From a virus (taxonomy: Duplodnaviria; Caudoviricetes): 64,000 nt of DNA. The position numbers and the translations under genes were made by a program. The notes under the pieces were generated by a model that made no database searches, was not told the DNA's origin, and worked only from the letters and a program-made list of their open reading frames with translations. The first letter of the stretch is position 1; every line of letters starts with the position of its first letter. The DNA is taken from IMG/VR virus record IMGVR_UViG_3300012943_000033, positions 6,641 through 70,640 of that record. One strand, given 5' to 3'. Of this stretch, positions 1 through 8,576 are shown piece by piece.

Positions 1-2
1 GA

Positions 3-218
3 GAGGCTTGGGAGCATGTGTCTGTGTCTACGCCGTACCGCTCGCCAGCCTGGGATGAGATGTGCTTCATCAAGGACACCTTCTGGGATGCTGACGATTG
101 CGTGATGCAGGTTCACCCGCCCAAGGCTGACTACGTCAACATCCACCCTTACTGCCTGCACCTCTGGAGGCCAATGGTCGTGCCCATTCCCCGGCCACCG
201 AAGTGGATGGTGGGGTGA
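3..218 (+). CDS. Conserved phage hypothetical protein (DUF7694-like), 5' truncated by the window edge
   Basis: Frame is open from position 3: WEHVSVS..R.P.W.EMC.IK..FW....VMQ.HPP...YVN.HP.CLHLWRP, a recurrent phage family motif. Confidence 0.7.
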   Translation, partial: EAWEHVSVSTPYRSPAWDEMCFIKDTFWDADDCVMQVHPPKADYVNIHPYCLHLWRPMVVPIPRPPKWMVG

Positions 219-222
219 CGCG

Positions 223-402
223 ATGCTCTGCCGGTACAAATGCGAGATGTGCGAGGAGTGGCACCCGCTCGCGGGCATTCCTTCGGATGAGCTGACCTCC
301 GCATTGCTGTCGTTCATCCTCTGTCCGCCAGAGCCATTCGGGCGCGCGGTGTGGATCATTCTCTTCCAAGCCGAGATGCAGAAGCGCGGGCTATACCGTT
401 AG
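223..402 (+). CDS. Small hypothetical protein (59 aa, CxxC)
   Basis: Manual translation MLCRYKCEMCEEWHPL...; lies directly after the previous stop. Confidence 0.45.
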   Translation: MLCRYKCEMCEEWHPLAGIPSDELTSALLSFILCPPEPFGRAVWIILFQAEMQKRGLYR

Positions 403-582
403 GCGTATGCCGTCGCGTCGGCGCAACGCCTGACGCGCACACCGCGAAAATAATTCACGGTGGACGTTCCGGGCGCGGCTACGATTCGGCCTCGCTTCGG
501 AATTTCTCTCTCAGAATGCACGAAGCCCGCCACCGGTCGGCCACCGGCCTTGTGTTCCCTCTCTCACTTTAGGAATCGCATC

Positions 583-1188
583 ATGCGTAAGACTCTCATT
601 GCCCTCGCGGCCCTCGCCTTCGCCTCCCTGTCGTTCGCTGCCGACTCCAACGGCTCGTTCGCAGGCTCGTCCACCTCGTCCTCGTCGGGCACCACCAACG
701 GCTACTCGAATTCGACCGCTTCGGCTGGCTCGAACAGCGACAGCTACAGCGGTGGCGTGAACGGCTTCGGCTTCCTGAACTCCAGCGCTTCGGTCGCAGG
801 CGGCACCGCTGCCGCTGCCGGTGCAACGGCGGGCAACCTGTCGTTTGGTTCGGGCAACGGCTCGGCTGGTGCTATCGCAGGCGCTGGCGCTACCTCGTCC
901 AGCAACGCCGCTGGCGCTTCGTTCGGTGGCGTGTCGGCTGCAACCGGCAAATCGACCAGCGGTGTCCTGGCCGCTGCCGGTTCGGGCCGTAACGGCTTCG
1001 CCACCGTCGATACGACCGTGACGACCGATTACGCCCACTCCAGCACGGGCGGCGTGGCGGGCGCGACCAGCGGTGGCAACTCCGTGTCGCAGACGACCGG
1101 CTACACCAACTTTTCCTTCGGCAACGCAGGCACCTTCATCACGAGCACCAACGGCGGTTCCACCAGCGGTTTCGGCGTGAAGTTCTAA
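583..1188 (+). CDS. Secreted Ser/Gly/Ala/Thr-rich low-complexity protein
   Basis: AGGA RBS; MRKTLIALAALAFASLSFA signal peptide; mature part almost uncharged; ends in ...FGVKF. Confidence 0.8.
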   Translation: MRKTLIALAALAFASLSFAADSNGSFAGSSTSSSSGTTNGYSNSTASAGSNSDSYSGGVNGFGFLNSSASVAGGTAAAAGATAGNLSFGSGNGSAGAIAGAGATSSSNAAGASFGGVSAATGKSTSGVLAAAGSGRNGFATVDTTVTTDYAHSSTGGVAGATSGGNSVSQTTGYTNFSFGNAGTFITSTNGGSTSGFGVKF

Positions 1189-1190
1189 AT

Positions 1191-1231
1191 CCCCTAGTGA
1201 GGGATGGGCTTGTCCCTTCCCAAAAATAGGG
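1191..1231 (+). terminator. Possible terminator or hairpin after the Ser/Gly-rich gene
   Basis: gggatggg-cttgt-cccttccc stem inside an outer ccta/tagg pair. Confidence 0.4.
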
Positions 1232-1302
1232 TCCGTGCCCTTGGCCGTTCCGCACGCGAAAAATGAACGGCCACTTTCCCTCTCTCACTACAGGCACCAG
1301 AA

Positions 1303-1965
1303 ATGAAACAAACTCTCATCGCGATTGCGCTGGCTGCGGCTATGCCGTTCGCTTTCGCCCAGTCCAACTCGACCAGCGGCTCCAGCGCCAACTCCAGTCC
1401 CAACGTCACTTCGGGCAACACCGCGTCGGAATCGTCCAGCGCCAGCCAATCGAACCCCAACAACGCGAACCAGCAGTTCATCCAGCTGAATACGCTGACG
1501 CCTGAACAGCAACGCGTCCAGCAGGACGTTCGCTACAGCGGCACGCAGACGATCAAGAACGTCCCCGGCATCGCGATGAGCGGCCCGGCCAGCGGCCCCT
1601 GCACGGGCGCCAGCGGTGGCCTGGGCGTCGCCGGTCCCGGCTTCGGCGTCGGCCTGAACGGCTCCAAGGTCGATGACGGCTGTACCGTCCGCGAGAACAG
1701 CCGTGTGCAAGGCCAGCTGTACCAGGCCCTGGACTCCAACGACCCGCTGAAGGTCAAGGCCAAGGAAGCCCTGGACCGTTCGCTGGCCATTCTGGACGCG
1801 ATGAACGAACAGATCGGTGAGGACTACCTCCGCAAGCAACGTGAACGCCGTGCGGACACCCAGCCCGCCAAGGTCGTCACCGCTGCCCCGGCTCCGGCCA
1901 CCACCGCTGCCACGTCCGACCCTTACATCAAGGCATCGGGCCGTCAGTACCCCTCGCCCAAGTGA
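1303..1965 (+). CDS. Secreted protein with Ser/Asn-rich N-terminus and a CxGxSGGxGxxGxGFGxGxxGxxxDxxC motif
   Basis: MKQTLIAIALAAAMPFAFA signal peptide; conserved-looking two-Cys Gly-rich core. Confidence 0.8.
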   Translation: MKQTLIAIALAAAMPFAFAQSNSTSGSSANSSPNVTSGNTASESSSASQSNPNNANQQFIQLNTLTPEQQRVQQDVRYSGTQTIKNVPGIAMSGPASGPCTGASGGLGVAGPGFGVGLNGSKVDDGCTVRENSRVQGQLYQALDSNDPLKVKAKEALDRSLAILDAMNEQIGEDYLRKQRERRADTQPAKVVTAAPAPATTAATSDPYIKASGRQYPSPK

Positions 1966-1977
1966 TCGTTGCACCAG

Positions 1978-1997
1978 AGGCCCGCTTGGGCTTTTGG
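1978..1997 (+). terminator. Rho-independent terminator
   Basis: aggccc-gctt-gggctt followed by T residues. Confidence 0.55.
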
Positions 1998-2116
1998 TCC
2001 ATCGCCTACCTCGTTTTGTTGCATCGCGGGAAAGACCCTATCACGGCAGCTGAAATGGCCGATACCGCGCTGGAGGAATTCGAGGACAAGGCGGCGACAA
2101 TCGAAAAGGAACGAAC

Positions 2117-2419
2117 ATGAAAAAGACACTGATGGCCTTCGCTGCCCTTGCCCTCGCGGCAGGCGCGGCGAGTGCGCAAGGGTTCGCAGACGAACCGACC
2201 TGTTACAGCTGGGAGGGCGGTCACAAATCCAGTGGCTCGTTTTCCAAGTGTACGCGATGGGAGACGGCCAAGGCTCCTACCGCTCCACCACCGCCCGTTG
2301 TGGTCCCTGCACCCGTCATGCAGACTCCAGCCTGTCCTCCACAGGTCATCTTCCAAGAGGCCACCAAGCCCAAGGCCAAGCCCCGGCCACGGAAGCCACT
2401 GCCCAAGTGCGTGCCCTAA
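2117..2419 (+). CDS. Secreted Pro-rich small protein
   Basis: AAAGGA RBS; MKKTLMAFAALALAAGAASA signal peptide; two Cys near the N-terminus; Pro-rich tail. Confidence 0.75.
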   Translation: MKKTLMAFAALALAAGAASAQGFADEPTCYSWEGGHKSSGSFSKCTRWETAKAPTAPPPPVVVPAPVMQTPACPPQVIFQEATKPKAKPRPRKPLPKCVP

Positions 2420-2446
2420 CGGTTGCTGAACCACCACCACCCGCAA

Positions 2447-2478
2447 CAGCCCGGTCGATGTACCGGGCTTTTTCGTTT
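2447..2478 (+). terminator. Rho-independent terminator
   Basis: agcccggt-cgatgt-accgggct followed by TTTT. Confidence 0.75.
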
Positions 2479-2582
2479 CCGCAACCTCTGCCCCGGCCCG
2501 GACCCCTGCTGATTACACAGCCCGTCAGTGTTCGGCTCGCGGCGATAGGGCTGGTCCACACTACCCTACCAGCAAACCTGAT

Positions 2583-2601
2583 CACAGCTAGAATCATTGA
2601 T
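2583..2601 (+). repeat. Dispersed palindromic element, partial copy (a)
   Basis: cacagctagaatcattgat, identical to 15644-15662. Confidence 0.8.
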
Positions 2602-2625
2602 AATCACCACGGAAGGATACCCGCA

Positions 2626-2838
2626 ATGAGCACCCAAGGACCACTGATGACGCACGAACAACTGGAACGTGCCGCCCGCTACCTCTGCACGATGAGGGGC
2701 GTCAACCCGCTGAACCGGGAGTACATGAAAGGGAGCGACAGCGGTGTCCTCTGCTATGCCTGGGAGAATGCCGCGAAGGAAATAGCGCACCATGAGTTGA
2801 TGCGGGAGGCGATACGGCACGCGACGCCTCACACCTAA
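2626..2838 (+). CDS. Hypothetical protein (70 aa)
   Basis: GGAAGGA RBS; MSTQGPLMTHEQLERAARYLC...; flanked by inverted copies of a 25-bp element. Confidence 0.6.
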   Translation: MSTQGPLMTHEQLERAARYLCTMRGVNPLNREYMKGSDSGVLCYAWENAAKEIAHHELMREAIRHATPHT

Positions 2839-2854
2839 TCAGTGATCCTAGCTG
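2830..2854 (-). repeat. Dispersed palindromic element, copy (b)
   Basis: Reverse complement reads cagctaggatcactgattaggtgtg; compare 53022-53046. Confidence 0.8.
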
Positions 2855-2885
2855 GGTCGCATTGCACGCCCAGCGGAGGGTAGCC

Positions 2886-3062
2886 TCAGCCCTCCTCGTC
2901 ACCCCGTAGCGCGTTCTCAATGCGCTCGTACAGTTCGTCATCCGCCTGCGAATCGGCCTCTGGGTAGGTGTCCCGATACCACTTCAGGCCGTTGTACGCC
3001 TCCTCCAGGATGCACCGCAGCGCGCGATTCTCCATCAACAGGTCAAGATTCGTTCCGGACAT
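2886..3062 (-). CDS. Hypothetical protein (58 aa)
   Basis: Manual translation MSGTNLDLLMENRALRCILEEAYNGLKWYRD...; start overlaps the upstream stop. Confidence 0.6.
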   Translation of the reverse strand: MSGTNLDLLMENRALRCILEEAYNGLKWYRDTYPEADSQADDELYERIENALRGDEEG

Positions 3063-3436
3063 CAGGCCCCTCCACTGAATCGAAATAGGCGCGGCGTCCG
3101 CGAAGGGTTGTGTGGGTGCGATAGGTGGAAGGCTCCGTCACTGTTCGCGGAGCATGGAGGTTTGGCGATGCCCTCCCCGCACAGCGGACACAGGGCCTCC
3201 GTCTCGTGTACCCCGTGGTAGCGCTCGACGGCCTTCACTATCCGGCTGGAGGTGTTGCCGCCTCGCGCGAGCATGCCGCCCTTGGACGCTATCGACACGA
3301 GGTCTTTCACCTGCTGGTCGCTGAGGGGCGGCAGTTCCTGCTTGTCGATGGCCGCGCGTAGGGCCTCCCTCTGCTCATCGGTGAACGACAAACTGTAGGG
3401 CCATTCGCCAAATACATCGCGCAGAGGTCTGGTCAT
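3062..3436 (-). CDS. Hypothetical protein with C-terminal CxxC
   Basis: ORF track; ATGA coupling to the upstream gene. Confidence 0.55.
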   Translation of the reverse strand: MTRPLRDVFGEWPYSLSFTDEQREALRAAIDKQELPPLSDQQVKDLVSIASKGGMLARGGNTSSRIVKAVERYHGVHETEALCPLCGEGIAKPPCSANSDGAFHLSHPHNPSRTPRLFRFSGGA

Positions 3437-3735
3437 CGTGCGTCCTTTTCAACCTGCTCAAATTCCCTGTCCAGGCGTCGCGTGCTGCCGTTCTCGTCAG
3501 CGTGCTGGGAGTAGCCCGCCGCAATGTTGCGCATGCGGACGTACAGCGCCCGCCAGTCGGGGACACGTCGATTCCACGTGTCGAGGTCCGGGGTGGTAGC
3601 CCCGCATGTCTCGCACTCCGGACCACTCTGCATCGGTGTACCCGGTTCTCCGCATCCCAGCCAGCCGTGCGGGTCGCATTTGCCACCGCAGAATGCGCAG
3701 GGCTTGTTGGGGTCGGCTTCGTCCAGTACGCTCAC
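3433..3735 (-). CDS. Lar-like (restriction alleviation) zinc-ribbon protein
   Basis: KPCAFCGG...CETCGAT....WNRR matches the Lar_restr_allev pattern; GTG start overlaps the upstream TGA. Confidence 0.6.
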   Translation of the reverse strand: MSVLDEADPNKPCAFCGGKCDPHGWLGCGEPGTPMQSGPECETCGATTPDLDTWNRRVPDWRALYVRMRNIAAGYSQHADENGSTRRLDREFEQVEKDAR

Positions 3736-3953
3736 AGCCGTGCCCCCAACACTACCATCAGGCGCTGCCACCGGCTGAGCTTCGTCGCGGCCATCTCTTC
3801 GGGCGAGCCGTCCCACTTCAGTTCGGCCACGGTCAGGTCATACTTGCGGTGGCATGCAAGGGGTACGCCTCGCGCGCTGCCGTCGCCTACCACGACCCCA
3901 CGAGGGCCGCACAGTTGGATTTCCATTACGGGTCCACGCTTGCGTTTCATCAT
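3732..3953 (-). CDS. Hypothetical protein
   Basis: ORF track; coupled overlaps with neighbours. Confidence 0.5.
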   Translation of the reverse strand: MMKRKRGPVMEIQLCGPRGVVVGDGSARGVPLACHRKYDLTVAELKWDGSPEEMAATKLSRWQRLMVVLGARL

Positions 3954-4121
3954 CGTTCTCCTATCGTGACCGGAGCGGACACATCAGGCGTCGCGGCGAG
4001 GGCCGCGCATGCCCTCCGTATTTTACCTTGGGATGGGTGGGAGGCGTGTTGTAGTCGCGCCTGATGAGCACGCAAAGTGTACCCCAGAACACTATCGTCC
4101 TGGGGTGATAGACCGGGCAGC

Positions 4122-4376
4122 TCAGCCACCGGCTCCATTCGATTTCGTGCTTGATGTTCGCCTCCAGATGACTCGCGGCCTGCGTACATAGGGCGTTTCC
4201 ACTTCATAGCGGTACGGGTCGGCGGGTTCGTCCTCGAACACGACCCCATACGCCTTGCCGCCCCAAGCGTTAGTGTACTCGATAATCTTCGTGATGGGCG
4301 GTTCATCCGGATACTGCGCGCCATTCGCTGCGATGATTTTGTCTATCGCCTCTCTGCTATCAATCGTTGCCATCAT
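4122..4376 (-). CDS. Hypothetical protein
   Basis: ORF track; plausible globular sequence in the early operon. Confidence 0.6.
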   Translation of the reverse strand: MMATIDSREAIDKIIAANGAQYPDEPPITKIIEYTNAWGGKAYGVVFEDEPADPYRYEVETPYVRRPRVIWRRTSSTKSNGAGG

Positions 4377-4523
4377 CGTCCTCCTCGCGTTCGCCTTCCC
4401 AGCCCAGTTCCTCCCGCTTCACGCAGGCGTAGCAATCACCGCCACAGTCCATCGCGTCGCGTTCGCCGGTGTCCAATTCGCGGGCACACACTCCGCAGTG
4501 GGTGCCGTCCGGGTGTCCGGTTC

Positions 4524-4805
4524 TCATAGTGGAGCCTCGAATAAATGCCCAACAAACCAGTCGATTTGAAACGTGCCGATGAACGTCATTCCGGCGCTGT
4601 CGAAAGGGTTGCCAGTGGTTTGGATTTTGAACCGCCTGCCTTCGCTCTTGGAGACGTGTAAGTTTGGGAGCATCACCCACAGTACCGGCTGGCCGCCTTG
4701 CACGCCCACCGATAGAGGCACGGAGCCAATTGGCAGGTAGATGACCTGGTCACCACCAGTCCCTGTACCAGACAGGAGCGGGTATTTGTAGATGATAGAG
4801 TTCAT
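4524..4805 (-). CDS. DUF7352-like phage protein
   Basis: IYKYPL...LP.G...LSVGVQ.G...LW......RRF....TG......FIGT.Q.....HLFE pattern. Confidence 0.65.
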   Translation of the reverse strand: MNSIIYKYPLLSGTGTGGDQVIYLPIGSVPLSVGVQGGQPVLWVMLPNLHVSKSEGRRFKIQTTGNPFDSAGMTFIGTFQIDWFVGHLFEAPL

Positions 4806-5007
4806 CCCAGCACCAGCAATCCGGGCCGCATCCACAGCACCAGAGCGTCTTTGGGGTTGTCCTCCGGCGTCAGCAGGATGCGGACGCAGTTGGAGAGGGC
4901 CATCCCACCGCGAACGATAGGAGGAAGCTCACTGACGAGACGGACCAGCTGGCAGTTGCCGATGGTCGCGCCCTTCGCGTCAATGAAAGAGACTTCGTAA
5001 ACGTCCA

Positions 5008-5445
5008 TCACGCCTTCCTTTCGTAGATGTGGTAACAGAACACCTGCTCAATGTCCGGCTCATCGTCCAGGTACTCAGTGGTGGGCGTTTGCTTGCCGAT
5101 GTACTCGCCCCACTTGTGCCAGCGCCAGCCTCCGCCTCTGCCCTTGTTGGACAGGTTGCGCTGCACTCGCTTCAGGGTCACCACGAATTGGCGCGGCGAT
5201 TCGACCAACAGCGGGCAATGCTCCAGCAGGTTGCTGATGTCGTCACAGACACCGTATGCGCCACAATGACGGTGTTCGTTCGACAGGTCCGGGTAATGCT
5301 CATAACCTTCCAGGAAGGCGCTGGACCCGAAGTGTCCGATTTCGTACACCCCGACGATCACGGGCCGTACAGCGACGTTTTCGCCGATCATCATCAGGAT
5401 TGGGTCGCGGCTATCGCGGGCAACCCTTGGTTCATCAACTAACAT
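5008..5445 (-). CDS. Conserved phage hypothetical protein
   Basis: YGVCD...GGWRWHKWGEYIG...EYL.DE motif seen in other phages. Confidence 0.65.
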   Translation of the reverse strand: MLVDEPRVARDSRDPILMMIGENVAVRPVIVGVYEIGHFGSSAFLEGYEHYPDLSNEHRHCGAYGVCDDISNLLEHCPLLVESPRQFVVTLKRVQRNLSNKGRGGGWRWHKWGEYIGKQTPTTEYLDDEPDIEQVFCYHIYERKA

Positions 5446-5820
5446 CAGGTGTCTTTCTTGGTTGGGTAAGTGCCAGTGGCGTTATTGAAGTTGTCCATCG
5501 TCGCGTAGGCTTCTGACGCTGCCAACGCGCGTACATGCTCGCATCCTGCCGCGAACCACTTCCAGTCCCGTGCCACTGCCGGGTTGTTGTAGGTTCCCTT
5601 GCGCGACCGACTGAAATTGAAGCTGTCCTTGGCTTGAGCCTCGAATGCTTCGCGGTCCGCGTCGGTCACTTGTCGCCTCCGATGGAAGCCCAGACCAGCA
5701 GGAAGTACCACGATGTCCGCTCAGCCCCTTCGTTGTAGAGGGCCACCGCTTCCTGGAGGAGGACGATGGCCGGGAAATCGGCCAACTCCTGTTCTCGCGG
5801 CGTCATGCGGCGTCGATTCA

Positions 5821-6012
5821 TCAGTGGTGCCCTGCCTTCTGGGTGCGTCGCAGGCAGACGTTGTACTGGGTGGCGGCGGTGTTGCGGTTGATGCCCTCCC
5901 GCTCGCACAGCGCGATGAACTCCAGGCGGGACACCACGCCTCCGCGCGATTCGTACAGCTGATGCACCTTGGCGACCGGATTGGCCACCGTCGAATGGGG
6001 ATGGCAGGACAT
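5821..6012 (-). CDS. Small putative DNA-binding protein
   Basis: R.EFIALC..EGINRNTAATQY, HTH-like. Confidence 0.5.
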   Translation of the reverse strand: MSCHPHSTVANPVAKVHQLYESRGGVVSRLEFIALCEREGINRNTAATQYNVCLRRTQKAGHH

Positions 6013-6365
6013 CAGTAGCCCTCCGCCTCGTCAATCGACTCCACCGCCTCGTCCAGCAGTTCAGCCGCGCCCTCTGCGTCCTCGCGTTCCAAGGCGTCCA
6101 CCGCCTCTTCCAACTTGTCAAATGCCGTCTGCATCGCGTCCACTGCGCTTTGGGCGTTGTCGCCCTTTTCGCCACCTTGGAGGCCACTGGGCATGTTGTC
6201 GTAATAGTCCTGTTCTTCGTCGCGGAGGTCGCTGACGATGTTCTTCTGGTCCTCCACCTGCTCGGTGAGGGCTTTCAGGTCCGCGCCCTCTTCACGCACG
6301 GCGTCAGCGATGGTGGAAACCTCGCTGGAGGCGTTGGAGAGGGCGGAGCGTCGTGTCTTGTTCAT
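6012..6365 (-). CDS. Coiled-coil conserved phage protein
   Basis: MNKTRR...EEQDYYDNMP..LQ.GEKG..A pattern; AGAAT-type RBS. Confidence 0.7.
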   Translation of the reverse strand: MNKTRRSALSNASSEVSTIADAVREEGADLKALTEQVEDQKNIVSDLRDEEQDYYDNMPSGLQGGEKGDNAQSAVDAMQTAFDKLEEAVDALEREDAEGAAELLDEAVESIDEAEGY

Positions 6366-6421
6366 TCTGAGTCTTTCGAGTGGGTCTGAGGAGAATTCTA
6401 CCCGGACCGGCAGTGGCCCGC

Positions 6422-6736
6422 CTAGCGGTAAGCGGGGCAGTTGTTGACGTTCATATTCGCGGCGATCAGTGTCGAGCCGTCCGAATAGATACATACCAAC
6501 TCCCCGTCCAGGTTCAGGAGAACGTCCTTGTAGAACACCGTAGGGGTGGGCGCTTGCTGTGCTGCCGCTTCCTGCTGTGCCTGCTGTGAGGCAGCGTATC
6601 CAGCGGAGGCAGCGCCAGCCGCACCGACCACCACGTTGAGGATGCCTGCCCAGTCGGCAGAGTTCAGGCCCGCGCGGGCAGGCGCGGCAGCGACCAGGGC
6701 GACGGATGCCGCGAGGAGGATGAGAGGGCGTTTCAT
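6422..6736 (-). CDS. Exported protein with signal peptide
   Basis: MKRPLILLAASVALVAAAPARA; AGAAAG RBS. Confidence 0.65.
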   Translation of the reverse strand: MKRPLILLAASVALVAAAPARAGLNSADWAGILNVVVGAAGAASAGYAASQQAQQEAAAQQAPTPTVFYKDVLLNLDGELVCIYSDGSTLIAANMNVNNCPAYR

Positions 6737-6960
6737 TTCTGGTCTTTCTGGATGTTAACGATGACTTGTTGCGGGTGGCCGGGGTTCGCGAATGCCCAGA
6801 TGAGGGCGAGGAGCCAGCCCAGGCCGGTCCAACCAAGGGCGAGGTTCAGGATGAAAATGGCGATGGTGCTGGAGTGCTTGCGGTTCAGGGCAACCCAGAA
6901 CGGGATGAAGTACAGCAGGATGCTGATGGCCAGGATGAGGAGAGGGGCGATGGAGCTCAT
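6733..6960 (-). CDS. imm: Superinfection immunity protein (T4 Imm family)
   Basis: LYFIP..VA..RKH.....IFILNL.LGWT.LGW..ALIWA signature; two TM helices. Confidence 0.85.
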   Translation of the reverse strand: MSSIAPLLILAISILLYFIPFWVALNRKHSSTIAIFILNLALGWTGLGWLLALIWAFANPGHPQQVIVNIQKDQK

Positions 6961-6967
6961 GTCGTTC

Positions 6968-7366
6968 TCACTTCATGTACATGGGAATGAAACCTTCCCA
7001 ACGTTCCACAGGGATCATCCCCATCGAGCCGTCGCCCCAGATCACCACCGCTCCGCCTGCGCGAAACTTGCCACAGCCTTCAAATGCGCCGATTCGGCCA
7101 TTCTGAAAGGCGAACAGCTTGGTGCCGCCCTGGATGCTGTTGCCGCGTGCGTCGGTGGCCGAGCACACCAGTGTACTGCGGAAGGTCGCGCCACGTTGGT
7201 TTTCGAAGTAGTCAGTGATGTTGCGCATGCTTGTGGGCATGTTGGCCTGAATCGTTCGGCCGTCATTCAGTTGGAATGGCGGGATGTTGCCGTCACGGAC
7301 GTTTCCGCCAGCTTGGGCCGCGAATGCTGCCGCGAGGAGCGCGGCGGTCAAGAGGGTCTTTTTCAC
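6968..7366 (-). CDS. Exported protein with signal peptide
   Basis: GTG start, MKKTLLTAALLAAAFAAQA; AGAAAG RBS. Confidence 0.65.
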   Translation of the reverse strand: MKKTLLTAALLAAAFAAQAGGNVRDGNIPPFQLNDGRTIQANMPTSMRNITDYFENQRGATFRSTLVCSATDARGNSIQGGTKLFAFQNGRIGAFEGCGKFRAGGAVVIWGDGSMGMIPVERWEGFIPMYMK

Positions 7367-7434
7367 AGGGGTCTTTCTGGGTTGGTTTGGTGGAAAGCGC
7401 GGCCTCACCGCGCATCTTCCACTCAGCCACCGGC

Positions 7435-7695
7435 TCAGGCCTTCGGCATCAGGGCCAGGTGGACTTTCTTGCCGTCCACTTCCAGGGTGACGCCGCCACC
7501 GTTGGCCATCATCGCGCCACGGACACCGCGCGAGCCGGAGAGGCCCAGCGAGCGGAGGGCAGCGCCAACCGACTTGTGTTCGGTCACTTTGCGACCGATC
7601 TTCACGGCAGCGACGTAGCGCTGGCTGCGAGCGGCAGCGATTTCAGGGACAGCCCAGGAGGCAACAGCAGCTTGGGAGATTGCGGGGTTCGTCAT
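7435..7695 (-). CDS. Small basic protein, SWxxxxxxxAR paralog 1
   Basis: First gene after the promoter at 7754-7780; similar to 9174-9446 and the C-terminus of 15686-16369. Confidence 0.7.
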   Translation of the reverse strand: MTNPAISQAAVASWAVPEIAAARSQRYVAAVKIGRKVTEHKSVGAALRSLGLSGSRGVRGAMMANGGGVTLEVDGKKVHLALMPKA

Positions 7696-7753
7696 GATCA
7701 GGTCTTTCTAGGGTTTAGGGTTTTTCGGCTCCGTCCCCGGTGCCGATACATTA

Positions 7754-7780
7754 ATTATATACCATTTTTGGAAATCTCAA
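7754..7780 (-). promoter_or_regulatory. Sigma70-like early promoter
   Basis: TTGAGA-15-TATAAT on the minus strand (spacer short, so -35 uncertain). Confidence 0.65.
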
Positions 7781-7811
7781 AGCCCCTCGTGAATTAGGGG
7801 TCTTTGAGAGT

Positions 7812-8147
7812 TCACTTGTTGGTCGCGTAGTAGTAGTCAGTGGGGGTCCAAAACTTTACTGGGTAGGTGCGCTCATCGCCGTCTTCCCAGACAACGACAA
7901 CTCGCTTGGCGCCTGCATCGTAGCGCCAGCAGCCGCGCCAGCCGACCCGGCCGTTGTAGCCGGTGGTGTTCGCGTAGCTCCACGCGAAGCCATCGCGACG
8001 TTGGCGGGCTTCGCAGTGGTCGGAGGTCGTGTCCTTCAAGTTGATGGCGCCGCCTTGGTCGTTGATGGCGGTGAATACGGTGCCAGAAGCATGCGCAGCG
8101 GCGACGGAACCCAACGCCAAGGCGAGGGTGATGAGGGTCTTTTTCAT
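7812..8147 (-). CDS. Exported protein with signal peptide
   Basis: MKKTLITLALALGSVAAAHA; two Cys; AGAAAG RBS. Confidence 0.7.
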   Translation of the reverse strand: MKKTLITLALALGSVAAAHASGTVFTAINDQGGAINLKDTTSDHCEARQRRDGFAWSYANTTGYNGRVGWRGCWRYDAGAKRVVVVWEDGDERTYPVKFWTPTDYYYATNK

Positions 8148-8214
8148 TTCTCAGGTCTTTCTGTTGGTTGGGGAACATCCCAGACTGCCCTCGCGCAAGG
8201 GCAGGCGGTGAGGT

Positions 8215-8490
8215 TCAGCGGGCTTCCTTGCCGTCAACGTACTCGAACAGCACCCACTTCGCGCGGTTCAGAGTCTGGCGAGCATGCTCCACCATCCCGT
8301 GCGACATCTCTTCCTGCGCGTCGCTCATCAGGGAGGCGACCACCATCGCAGGGCCGGACAGCTTCATCGTGATCGAATCGCCAATGACGATTTTCAGGTC
8401 GGCTTCGGTGCATCCGTACATCAGGCGTTGGCGGGCTTCGCGCGCATTGCGGAGGTCAACGGATTCGGTCATCTTGATGCGGGTAGTCAT
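8215..8490 (-). CDS. Hypothetical protein
   Basis: Directly after the promoter at 8524-8553, with AGAAAG RBS. Confidence 0.7.
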   Translation of the reverse strand: MTTRIKMTESVDLRNAREARQRLMYGCTEADLKIVIGDSITMKLSGPAMVVASLMSDAQEEMSHGMVEHARQTLNRAKWVLFEYVDGKEAR

Positions 8491-8523
8491 TTCAGCCTTT
8501 CTGCGTTTCGTTTCGATGCCTCA

Positions 8524-8576
8524 ATTATAACCAAAATTTGGCGAGGCGTTCAAACTATTTTGACCGTAGGGTTATT
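8524..8576 (-). promoter_or_regulatory. Sigma70-like early promoter with upstream AATAACCCTACGG element
   Basis: TTGAAC-18-TATAAT; upstream box shared with the 9126 and 15499 promoters. Confidence 0.8.

Noticed and set aside
1969-2625. 5' extension of the 289-aa ORF 1969-2838
   Set aside because: It overlaps the better-supported signal-peptide gene 2117-2419 and two terminators; only 2626-2838 has an RBS.
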